A stretch of 64,000 nucleotides of DNA from Alphaproteobacteria bacterium RIFCSPLOWO2_01_FULL_40_26 (lineage in GTDB: Bacteria; Pseudomonadota; Alphaproteobacteria; Rickettsiales; UBA1997). This document shows positions 56,426 to 64,000 of this stretch, piece after piece. The DNA lies in assembly GCA_001767955.1 (NCBI GenBank), contig MEMO01000016.1, positions 39,404-103,403 on the forward strand, written 5' to 3'. Position 1 is the stretch's first letter, and every line of letters begins with the position of its first letter. Made by a program: the position numbers and the translations under genes. The notes under the pieces were generated by a model that was given only the letters and a program-made list of their open reading frames with translations, made no database searches and was not told the DNA's origin.

Positions 56426-59400
56426 AAACAAAAATTGCTATCTACCATCAAATCGGAAGCTGTCAAAATCGGCGCTGTGGTTTTTATCTCCATAATTCTG
56501 CTGGTTATGATTCTGCCGCTTTTTTTTGATAATTCGGCGTTGAAATTTCAGATTGCGCAAAAAATCAGCCATATTTCAAACGCAAATTTTTCAATTAAAG
56601 GAGGGCTAAAAATAGCATTGCTACCATATCCAAAAATCACTGCCTATGATGTGTTTTTGCAAAATTATCAGACAAAATCTGTAGATGAAAATGGGCAAAA
56701 AATTTATAATTTTTATGCCAAATCCGTTACCGTGAAATTTCCGATTTTTCATGATTCACAAGATAATCCGATAGATAAAATAATTTTCTCCGATGTAGTT
56801 CTCACAAGACATTATACCACAAATAATGATCTTGCCCGCCAAAATAAATTTACGGAAAACCTGACACAATTCACCAAAAATTCCACCAACAATTCCAATG
56901 AAAAAAAAGTAGGATCAGGAATCAGTGAAAAATTATTTCCAATTGAAGACATAAAATCCTCTCACTTTTCAGCCACATCATTACCGCAAATAACCATCAA
57001 AAATGGTGAAGCAATTTTATATGATAAATTTGAACGCAAGAAGGAAATCAAATCCATCAATGCTGAAATAGAATGGAGCAAGGAAAGAATTATCACTGCA
57101 GGAAATTTTCAAAGCGAAGAGGTAAAAAGCGATTTTAAAATATTGGCAAAATTTAATTCGAAATCAGGAAAACATGACTCAATTTTAGAGTTGGCTTCTC
57201 CGCTTATACAACTGCACGCAAGCGGAAATTTTACTTCAGAAAATCGCGGGATCACGGCTAGTGATTTTAAGGGCAAAATTGAAGCGGAAATTTTTGAACT
57301 GAAATCCGCCTATCAAAGCTATTTCAAAAATAATGACTTGCTGGCGCAAAAATTAAAATACAACGCCAAGCCAATAAAAATCAGCGCTGATATTGCAAAT
57401 AGCGGCAAAGAAATTTCCATCGCAAATTTGAATGTGATTTCCGATGTGGCAAAGGGAAATGGCAATATCAATCTCGATTTCAATCTCGATTTCAATCTCG
57501 ACTTCACTGGCACAAATAAAGTGACAACAATTGACGCCATGCTGTCTTTTGAGAATCTTGATCTCGATAATTTATGGTCAACAGACACAGTCCAAACAAC
57601 AGATGCCGTTAACACAAAAGAAGCTCAAACTGAAGAAACTCAAATTACAAACGGGGAGGATAAAACACAGGATTCACAAGATTTAAGCCTCAGCACAAAA
57701 ATCAAAAATTTTGATCTGGCCGCTGAAATCAAAATCGCCAATGTCAAATATCGCCAGGGTGAAATCAAAGATGCCGACATTTATCTAACCATTTCAAAAA
57801 ATGGTGAAATCATGATATTGCCAATGATTTTCAGGATTCCGGGAGATGGAATTTTACGCATCAATGGCGTTGTCGACAACTCTTTGGCCTTTCCAAAATT
57901 CATCGGCAAAATTGATGCTTCCGGCAAAAGCATGAAAGATATTTTTAAGTGGCTGAATATCGAATCACAAAATCTGAAATATGACAATCTCGGACAATAC
58001 AACCTTTACTCCGATGTCATGCTTTTGCCAAACAACCTGTCTCTCAACAATCTCTATCTCAATATCAACAATGGCACAAGCGAGCTGCTCGGTGAAATCA
58101 AGGCACAAAGTCAAAGTAAAACAACAACCATAATTAGCCGCTTTGAAGTCGGAAATTTCAACATTGACGATTATTTCCTCACCTCGGGACAAAATGTTTA
58201 TTTGTCCTATGGATCTCTGCTAAAAAAGATGTTCTGGCTTAACAATATCTCATCAAACAATGAGCTTAATTTAAAGTTCGATCGTTTGGTTTACAAAGGA
58301 GAGGAATTTCCGGAGCAATCGCTGAAATTGAAGTTCGGACGCGGTTATTTGCAGATTTCTGATCTTAATCTCAAATCACAAAACACCGACTTGAACGCCA
58401 ATATGACCATTGATATTAGCGACAAAAACCCACGCTTTGAAATTGACGCCAAAGGTGAAAATTTCCTTTATGAAACTACACAAAAAAGTGAATTGATTAA
58501 AGATGAAAAACAGAAACCCAAAAATTTTCTTGATCAGTTTTACACTTTACCATCGCTTGAGGGATTCAATGGCAAAGTTTCATTCGATTTTGGCAATGTC
58601 ATCATGGATAATCTTACACTCAAAAACGTTAAATTTGCCGGAAAACTAAAAGATGGAAATATCGAAAAATCAGAATTCGCTTGTGATGCATATGATGGAA
58701 AATTCAGCTACAAGGGCACAATCGGCATCAAAAACAATAAGACCATTAACGGCAATTTTTCATTCAGCGATGCTCAGTTGCAGCCACTTTTATCCGACAT
58801 GTTTGGTATCAAAAACATTTCCGGAATCGCCAATATCTCAGCAAACATCACTTCAATTGCCGATAAGAAATCCGATTTCGCCAAACAATTAAGCAGTGAA
58901 GTAAAATTCAGCACCAATGCACCAATAGTTGAAGGATATGGTTTAAGCGATCTGGTAAAAAAAATGCTCGCCAAACAAATCTATCAAAATGAGCTGCGCG
59001 ATCCGGAAAAAATTTTGTTCAACAAGGAAAGCAAAACCATCTTCAAACAGGCCAGTGGAACGATTCAGATTAACAATGGACAAAATGGAAGAATGCGCAT
59101 CAATGTTAATGCACCGGCAATCAACGCCATTTTATCCGGTACGATTAATGCTGAAAACATAACGATTGATACTTTGTTTAATGCCATCTTCATTACCGGA
59201 AATCATCAAAAACAAACTCCAATCAACATCGCAACCAATCTCAAAGGGCCAACCAACAACATACAACAAAACACCAACTTTGATCAGGTGAAGCAATATC
59301 TCGGTTTAATAAAAGGCACAAACATTATACCCACACCATTAGAACCTCCAACACAGCCAAATCAGCAGCAGCTGATATATGATCAAACACAATTGAGATT

Positions 59401-59494
59401 GCCGCCGGAAGTAACGCAAATACAAAATCAGGCCGAATCCATGAAATCCATGCTACCTGCACAAACAGAGCAAACAGAACAACCAGTACAATGA
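56384..59494 (+). CDS. AsmA-family outer-membrane biogenesis / lipid-transport-like protein (start uncertain)
   Basis: N-terminal TM (IGAVVFISIILLVMILPLFF) followed by a long beta-rich, Asn-rich region of about 1000 aa, as in AsmA-like proteins. An alternative TTG start at 56435 lies just outside element G3. Confidence 0.7.
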   Translation: MTKSVIKKDLGQVLKQKLLSTIKSEAVKIGAVVFISIILLVMILPLFFDNSALKFQIAQKISHISNANFSIKGGLKIALLPYPKITAYDVFLQNYQTKSVDENGQKIYNFYAKSVTVKFPIFHDSQDNPIDKIIFSDVVLTRHYTTNNDLARQNKFTENLTQFTKNSTNNSNEKKVGSGISEKLFPIEDIKSSHFSATSLPQITIKNGEAILYDKFERKKEIKSINAEIEWSKERIITAGNFQSEEVKSDFKILAKFNSKSGKHDSILELASPLIQLHASGNFTSENRGITASDFKGKIEAEIFELKSAYQSYFKNNDLLAQKLKYNAKPIKISADIANSGKEISIANLNVISDVAKGNGNINLDFNLDFNLDFTGTNKVTTIDAMLSFENLDLDNLWSTDTVQTTDAVNTKEAQTEETQITNGEDKTQDSQDLSLSTKIKNFDLAAEIKIANVKYRQGEIKDADIYLTISKNGEIMILPMIFRIPGDGILRINGVVDNSLAFPKFIGKIDASGKSMKDIFKWLNIESQNLKYDNLGQYNLYSDVMLLPNNLSLNNLYLNINNGTSELLGEIKAQSQSKTTTIISRFEVGNFNIDDYFLTSGQNVYLSYGSLLKKMFWLNNISSNNELNLKFDRLVYKGEEFPEQSLKLKFGRGYLQISDLNLKSQNTDLNANMTIDISDKNPRFEIDAKGENFLYETTQKSELIKDEKQKPKNFLDQFYTLPSLEGFNGKVSFDFGNVIMDNLTLKNVKFAGKLKDGNIEKSEFACDAYDGKFSYKGTIGIKNNKTINGNFSFSDAQLQPLLSDMFGIKNISGIANISANITSIADKKSDFAKQLSSEVKFSTNAPIVEGYGLSDLVKKMLAKQIYQNELRDPEKILFNKESKTIFKQASGTIQINNGQNGRMRINVNAPAINAILSGTINAENITIDTLFNAIFITGNHQKQTPINIATNLKGPTNNIQQNTNFDQVKQYLGLIKGTNIIPTPLEPPTQPNQQQLIYDQTQLRLPPEVTQIQNQAESMKSMLPAQTEQTEQPVQ

Positions 59495-60270
59495 TCGAAA
59501 AAATCCTGCAAAAAAAAGGCCAAGAAAAAATAATTTGTCTTACCTCCTACAGCTTTCCCATAACCAAAATTCTCGATGAATTTTGTGATATTATTTTGGT
59601 TGGCGATTCGCTTGGCATGACAATTTACGGTATGCCAGACACGATCGATGTCACACTTTCAATGATGATTAATCACGGCAAGGCCGTGGCAAAAGCGGCA
59701 AAAAAATCATTAGTGGTTGTTGATCTGCCTTACGGAACTTACGAAAAATCCAAAGAACAGGCGCTTATTTCAGCAAAAAAAATTATTTCCGAAACAGGCT
59801 GTGATGCCATTAAAATCGAGACTTCGGGTGATTTGGTTGCAACGGTAAAATTTTTAACCGACAACAAAATCAACGTCATGGGACATGTCGGACTTTTGCC
59901 ACAACATGTGCGCAAAATCGGTGGCTATCGCTATCAGGGACGCGATAAAAATTCAGCAAAAGAGATTCTTGCAACAGCAAAACTGGTAGCAAAAGCCGGT
60001 GCATTTGCGCTAGTGATTGAAGCGGTTCCGGCAGAGCTTGCGGCAAAAATCACAAATGAAATTTCCATTCCAACAATCGGCATTGGCGCTTCAGCAGAGT
60101 GCGACGGGCAAGTTTTGGTAATTGATGATCTGCTCGGATTAAATCAGGAATTCAAACCAAAATTCGTCACTCATTACGAAAATCTGGCAGAAAAAATTTC
60201 CACCGCCGTCAAAAAATTTTCCACCGATGTGAAAGCAAAAAAATTTCCATCACGAGAAAACATGTTGTAG
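59491..60270 (+). CDS. panB: 3-methyl-2-oxobutanoate hydroxymethyltransferase
   Basis: ILVGDSLGM, GCDAIKIE and GHVGLLPQ motifs. The start overlaps the AsmA-like stop (ATGA). Confidence 0.92.
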   Translation: MIEKILQKKGQEKIICLTSYSFPITKILDEFCDIILVGDSLGMTIYGMPDTIDVTLSMMINHGKAVAKAAKKSLVVVDLPYGTYEKSKEQALISAKKIISETGCDAIKIETSGDLVATVKFLTDNKINVMGHVGLLPQHVRKIGGYRYQGRDKNSAKEILATAKLVAKAGAFALVIEAVPAELAAKITNEISIPTIGIGASAECDGQVLVIDDLLGLNQEFKPKFVTHYENLAEKISTAVKKFSTDVKAKKFPSRENML

Positions 60271-60298
60271 AGCCTGTTTGACAGTTAGTTTCTCGTTT
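60268..60298. repeat. family G-type solo terminus / mini-element at the panB stop
   Basis: tagagcctgtttgacagttagtttctcg shares tagagcctgttt and tagtttct with the mini-element at 62173. Confidence 0.5.
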
Positions 60299-60336
60299 CT
60301 ATTTTGCCGCGTCCTTTAACCACCTTACTTCCAAAA

Positions 60337-62175
60337 ATGACAGATTTTCGCAACATCGCCATAATCGCTCATGTTGACCATGGCAAAACCACTTTGATTG
60401 ATGCCATGTTGCATCAAAGCGGAACTTTTCGTGCCAATCAGCAAGTTGAAACACGCGTGATGGATTCCAACGCGCTCGAAAAAGAACGCGGCATTACCAT
60501 TCTTGCCAAATGCACTTCACTGATGTGGGGGGGCAACAAAATCAATGTTATTGACACTCCCGGACATGCCGATTTTGGCGGTGAAGTTGAGCGTGTTTTG
60601 TGTATGGCTGATAGCTGTCTGCTTTTGGTTGATTCTGCAGAAGGTGTAATGCCACAAACCAAATTTGTGCTCTCAAAGGCTTTGGCCATCGGACTTCGTC
60701 CTATTGTAATCATCAACAAAATTGATCGCCAAGATGCGCGCCCTGATGAAGTTTTAAACGAAATTTTTGATCTTTTCGTTTCACTAAATGCCAATGATGC
60801 ACAGCTTGATTTTCCAGTTTTATATGCCGTTGGCCGCGATGGCTGGTGCGTTCGCGATATTGAAAAAGATCAGCGCAAAGATCTCTCGCCACTTTTTGAT
60901 CTGATCCTCGAGCATATCACGCCACCAAAATTTGATACTGACGCACCATTCAAAATGCTGGCCACTCTTCTCGATCACAGCCCATATTTTGGCCGCATGC
61001 TAACCGGCCGTATCTATTCCGGACGCGCTAAAAATCTGATGAGTTTCAAGGCAATTAACTTGAAAGGTGAAGTGGTAGAACAAGGCCGCCTCACTAAACT
61101 CCACGTCTTTCGCGGTGTTGAAAAAGTTGCGGTGGAAGAAGCAAAAGCCGGCGACATTGTCTCAATTGCCGGTTTGGAAAAAGCATCAGTTTCCGACACA
61201 CTTTGCGATTTGTCAGTTTTCGAACCAATTAAATCAACGCCAATTGATCCACCGACAATGGCCATCACAATTGGCGTCAATGATTCTCCTCTCGCCGGAA
61301 CGGAAGGTAGTAAAGTGACCTCGCGCATGATTCGCGATCGCCTTTTTGCCGAGGCTGAAACCAACGTCGCCATTAAAGTTAAAGAATCAGGGGCCAAAGA
61401 TGCTTTTGAAGTGGGCGGACGCGGTGAATTACAACTTGGCGTGCTAATTGAAAATATGCGTCGTGAAGGCTTCGAGCTTTCAGTTTCAAGGCCTCGTGTG
61501 CTTTTCAAAAAAGGTGAAAATGATGAAATTTCAGAACCGGTGGAAGAAGTTGTGGTTGATGTTGATGATAATTTCAGCGGCGTTGTTGTTGAAAAACTTT
61601 CATCGCGCAAAGGCGAAATGATTGATATGCGCCCATCTACCGGCGGCAAAACTAGAATTATTTTTTATGTGCCTTCGCGCGGGTTAATTGGATATCAAAG
61701 CGAATTTTTAACCGATACTAAAGGCACCGGCGTTCTAAACAGAATTTTCCACGCCTATATTCCATATAAAGGCGAAATGTCGGAACAAAAAAGCGGCGCA
61801 TTAATTGCAACCGATCCAGGCGAAGCTGTGGCCTACGCTTTATGGAATCTGCAGGAACGCGGAGCGTTATTTATCAAACCGCAACAAAAAGTTTATTCCG
61901 GAATGGTTGTCGGAGAAAATTCCAAACAGGGTGATTTGGAAGTGAATGTTTTGAAAGGCAAACAACTCACCAACATTCGCGCTTCCGGCACTGACGAAGC
62001 TATTCGCCTTACTCCGCCACGCGAATTAACACTCGAAGACATGATCACTTATGTTGGCGATGATGAGTTGGTAGAAGTAACACCAAAATCCCTGCGTCTG
62101 CGCAAAAAAGTTTTGGATTCAAATGAGCGCAAAAGATTGAGCAGAAGTAAGGAAGCGAAGTTTGATTTTGTTTAG
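60337..62175 (+). CDS. typA: translational GTPase TypA/BipA
   Basis: ATG 60337 gives MTDFRNIAIIAHVDHGKTTL. DTPGHADF and NKIDR motifs. Confidence 0.95.
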   Translation: MTDFRNIAIIAHVDHGKTTLIDAMLHQSGTFRANQQVETRVMDSNALEKERGITILAKCTSLMWGGNKINVIDTPGHADFGGEVERVLCMADSCLLLVDSAEGVMPQTKFVLSKALAIGLRPIVIINKIDRQDARPDEVLNEIFDLFVSLNANDAQLDFPVLYAVGRDGWCVRDIEKDQRKDLSPLFDLILEHITPPKFDTDAPFKMLATLLDHSPYFGRMLTGRIYSGRAKNLMSFKAINLKGEVVEQGRLTKLHVFRGVEKVAVEEAKAGDIVSIAGLEKASVSDTLCDLSVFEPIKSTPIDPPTMAITIGVNDSPLAGTEGSKVTSRMIRDRLFAEAETNVAIKVKESGAKDAFEVGGRGELQLGVLIENMRREGFELSVSRPRVLFKKGENDEISEPVEEVVVDVDDNFSGVVVEKLSSRKGEMIDMRPSTGGKTRIIFYVPSRGLIGYQSEFLTDTKGTGVLNRIFHAYIPYKGEMSEQKSGALIATDPGEAVAYALWNLQERGALFIKPQQKVYSGMVVGENSKQGDLEVNVLKGKQLTNIRASGTDEAIRLTPPRELTLEDMITYVGDDELVEVTPKSLRLRKKVLDSNERKRLSRSKEAKFDFV

Positions 62176-62204
62176 AGCCTGTTTTCAAACTCAACATAGC
62201 TCTA
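62173..62204. repeat. 32-nt mini-palindrome with family G termini at the typA stop
   Basis: tagagcctgttttcaaactcaacatagctcta. The first TAG is the typA stop codon. Confidence 0.6.
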
Positions 62205-62208
62205 GTTT

Positions 62209-62466
62209 CTAAGAATAAACTTCACGACGATGAGCAACTCTAACCACAGTGACTACCAATTGAACCCCTTCTCTTGCACATAAAAGGCGATAGTCTCCAA
62301 CACGAAATTTGTAAAATCCTGTCAAATCTCCGGCTAATGGTACGAGATATTTTTCAGGAGCAGTCTGGAGCTTTTCTACTATTGCCCTGTCTATCCTTTT
62401 TCTGATTTCCGGTGTTAGTTTAGAAAAATCTTTTTCAGCTTTTTTAGTGAAATGGATTTGCCACAT
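62209..62466 (-). CDS. relE: RelE/ParE-family type II toxin
   Basis: 85 aa, FTKKAEKDFSKL...FYKFRVGDYRLLC...VVRVAHRREVY, a typical RelE/StbE pattern. Confidence 0.85.
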   Translation of the reverse strand: MWQIHFTKKAEKDFSKLTPEIRKRIDRAIVEKLQTAPEKYLVPLAGDLTGFYKFRVGDYRLLCAREGVQLVVTVVRVAHRREVYS

Positions 62467-62715
62467 TTAGAGCTTGTATTTTTTTCTGATTTTATCGTAT
62501 GGAACGGATTTCTGTTTGGATTTTTTGAATTCATCATAGGCTTTTTTTGCCTCGTGATAATCCTCAATATCTTCAAGCTTTTCAGCCAAAAGTTTTTCCA
62601 AGGCTTTTTTGATAAAATAACTTTTAGATCTCTCCTCCATGTTGCAAATCATGGTTAATCCTTGATCTAAATGATTTGGAATTTGTGCAGAAATTGTAAT
62701 AACGCGTTCTTGCAT
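62467..62715 (-). CDS. ribbon-helix-helix (CopG/RelB-like) antitoxin
   Basis: 82 aa, RVITISAQIPNHLDQGL...RSKSYFIKKALEKLL is RHH-like. Abuts the toxin start with no gap. Confidence 0.75.
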   Translation of the reverse strand: MQERVITISAQIPNHLDQGLTMICNMEERSKSYFIKKALEKLLAEKLEDIEDYHEAKKAYDEFKKSKQKSVPYDKIRKKYKL

Positions 62716-62793
62716 AAAAGATTTATAAAAAATTTTCTTTCATAAATAGTTATTAAAACATCAGAAAAATAACTAGTAAATAAACTTTTTATT

Positions 62794-63846
62794 GTGACTA
62801 AAAATCTGACTTATCTAACCAAACAACAGATTATAGAAGGACTTATAAGATTAGGCGAGAAGCCATTTCGTGCCAAACAGATTTGGAATTGGATTTATGC
62901 GCGCGGCGTAAAATCTTTTGACGAAATGACGAATATCTCAAAAGAAACGCGTGAAGTTTTATCGCAAAATTTCTCATTTGAACATCCACAAATTTCCAAA
63001 GATTTAACCTCATCTGATGGCACCAGAAAATGGTTAATAAAATTTTCTGACTGTCGTGAAGTTGAAACAGTTTTTATTCCAGAAGAAACCCGCGGCACGC
63101 TCTGCATCTCATCGCAAGTCGGTTGCACCCTATCCTGCAAATTCTGCCATACCGGTACTCAAACCTGGGTTAGAAATCTCGAATTTCATGAAATTGTAGC
63201 GCAAATTTTACTTACAAAAGATTTGCTTTGCGATTGGAACAAAAAAGAACGCAAACTGACCAACATAGTATTCATGGGCATGGGCGAGCCATTTTTTAAT
63301 TATGAAAATGTCGCCAAAGCGGTGAGAATTTTAAATGATTCTGATGGTTTGGATTTGTCAGCACGAAAAATCACTATCTCAACTTCTGGTCTTGTTCCTG
63401 AAATTTTACGCGCTGCAGATGAGCTGAAAACAAATCTGGCAATCTCACTTCATGCCACAAATGACAAGCTTCGAACCGAAATTATGGCTATCAACAAAAA
63501 ATATCCTCTCGCTGAACTTTTATCTGCTTGCAAAATTTACAATCGTAAAAATCCAAACCAAAAAATCACTTTTGAATATGTGATGCTAAATGGTGTGAAT
63601 GATTCAGAAATTCATGCGCAAGAATTGGTTAATTTGGTCAGAAAATTTAACTTGAATGTCAAAATCAACTTGATTCCGTTTAACCCATGGAATGACTGCG
63701 CATATGATTGTTCCAAATCAGAACAGATTTTAAATTTTCAAAAGAAATTAAAAAACGCCGGTTTAATTTCTCCAATTCGTAAAACTCGCGGTGATGATGT
63801 TTTGGCGGCTTGCGGCCAACTAAAATCTTCATCACAAAGATCATAA
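62794..63846 (+). CDS. rlmN: 23S rRNA/tRNA (adenine-C2)-methyltransferase RlmN
   Basis: FRAKQIWNWIY, radical-SAM CTLSCKFCHTG, FMGMGEP, C-terminal ACGQL. GTG start. Confidence 0.93.
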   Translation: MTKNLTYLTKQQIIEGLIRLGEKPFRAKQIWNWIYARGVKSFDEMTNISKETREVLSQNFSFEHPQISKDLTSSDGTRKWLIKFSDCREVETVFIPEETRGTLCISSQVGCTLSCKFCHTGTQTWVRNLEFHEIVAQILLTKDLLCDWNKKERKLTNIVFMGMGEPFFNYENVAKAVRILNDSDGLDLSARKITISTSGLVPEILRAADELKTNLAISLHATNDKLRTEIMAINKKYPLAELLSACKIYNRKNPNQKITFEYVMLNGVNDSEIHAQELVNLVRKFNLNVKINLIPFNPWNDCAYDCSKSEQILNFQKKLKNAGLISPIRKTRGDDVLAACGQLKSSSQRS

Positions 63847-63862
63847 ACAGTTTCTAACATAA

Positions 63863-64000
63863 TCCCAATAACGCTTAAGAAAATTTGTAATCACTTTACT
63901 CTTTCTAGGTCATTTACCCCTCACAAAATATTACCCCTCACAAAAAAATATTACCCCTCACCCCAACCCTCTCCCACAAGGGGAGAGGGAGTTATACCAA
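63863..64000. repeat. composite palindrome C3 (family C terminus plus family D core), truncated by the window end
   Basis: tcccaataacgcttaagaaaatttgtaatcactttactc...ttacccctcaccccaaccctctcccacaaggggagagggag is nearly identical to the left half of C2. Confidence 0.88.

Noticed and set aside
57470-57505. Triple 12-nt tandem repeat (aatctcgatttc) encoding NLDFNLDFNLDF in the AsmA-like protein
   Set aside because: It is a simple in-frame slippage repeat within an Asn-rich beta region and is unrelated to the palindromic families. Not independently interesting.

Overview
AT-rich, gene-dense bacterial chromosome segment with about 70 CDS, 3 tRNAs and no rRNA, almost all housekeeping. Recognised genes include eno, pstCA, rsmE, a hemD / Mic60-like / HemY-like block, sucCD, recA, ccmB, comM, gltX, pnp-rpsO-truB, atpHAG, speB, purK, rlmE, bioB, hisH, rplT-rpmI, grpE, clpPX, nadD-tatD-tadA, ubiA, a PccA-like carboxylase, argF, murG, an AsmA-like protein, panB, typA and rlmN. 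The gene content, the hemD/Mic60/HemY arrangement, DUF2628 next to hisH and many 1-17 nt gene overlaps point to a moderately reduced, probably host-associated alphaproteobacterium (Rickettsiales/Holosporales-like). I cannot name the organism; purK, hisH, bioB, panB and argF argue against Rickettsia itself. Two things stand out. (1) The window holds at least eight families of GC-rich palindromic RPE/MITE-like repeats, about 2.4 kb by hand tally. Four copies are translated in-frame inside intact enzyme genes (purK, hisH, an NDUFAF7-like methyltransferase, a GT2 glycosyltransferase). Other copies supply stop codons, C-terminal residues or possibly start codons of neighbouring genes. (2) Three paralogous cysteine-free proteins fuse a prepilin-type N-terminal methylation signal to a LamG-like jelly-roll domain. 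Two sit in an apparent operon with a DsbA-like protein and an orphan MlaF-like ABC ATPase, and one sits in a repeat-flanked islet next to tRNA-Arg. No pilus or T2SS assembly genes are in the window. Smaller points: an Arg/Asp-rich tail on PNPase, an atp operon that stops after atpG, a duplicated tRNA 3' end, a bactofilin-M23 pair and a RelE/RHH toxin-antitoxin module. All calls rest on motif recognition by eye; no searches were run.
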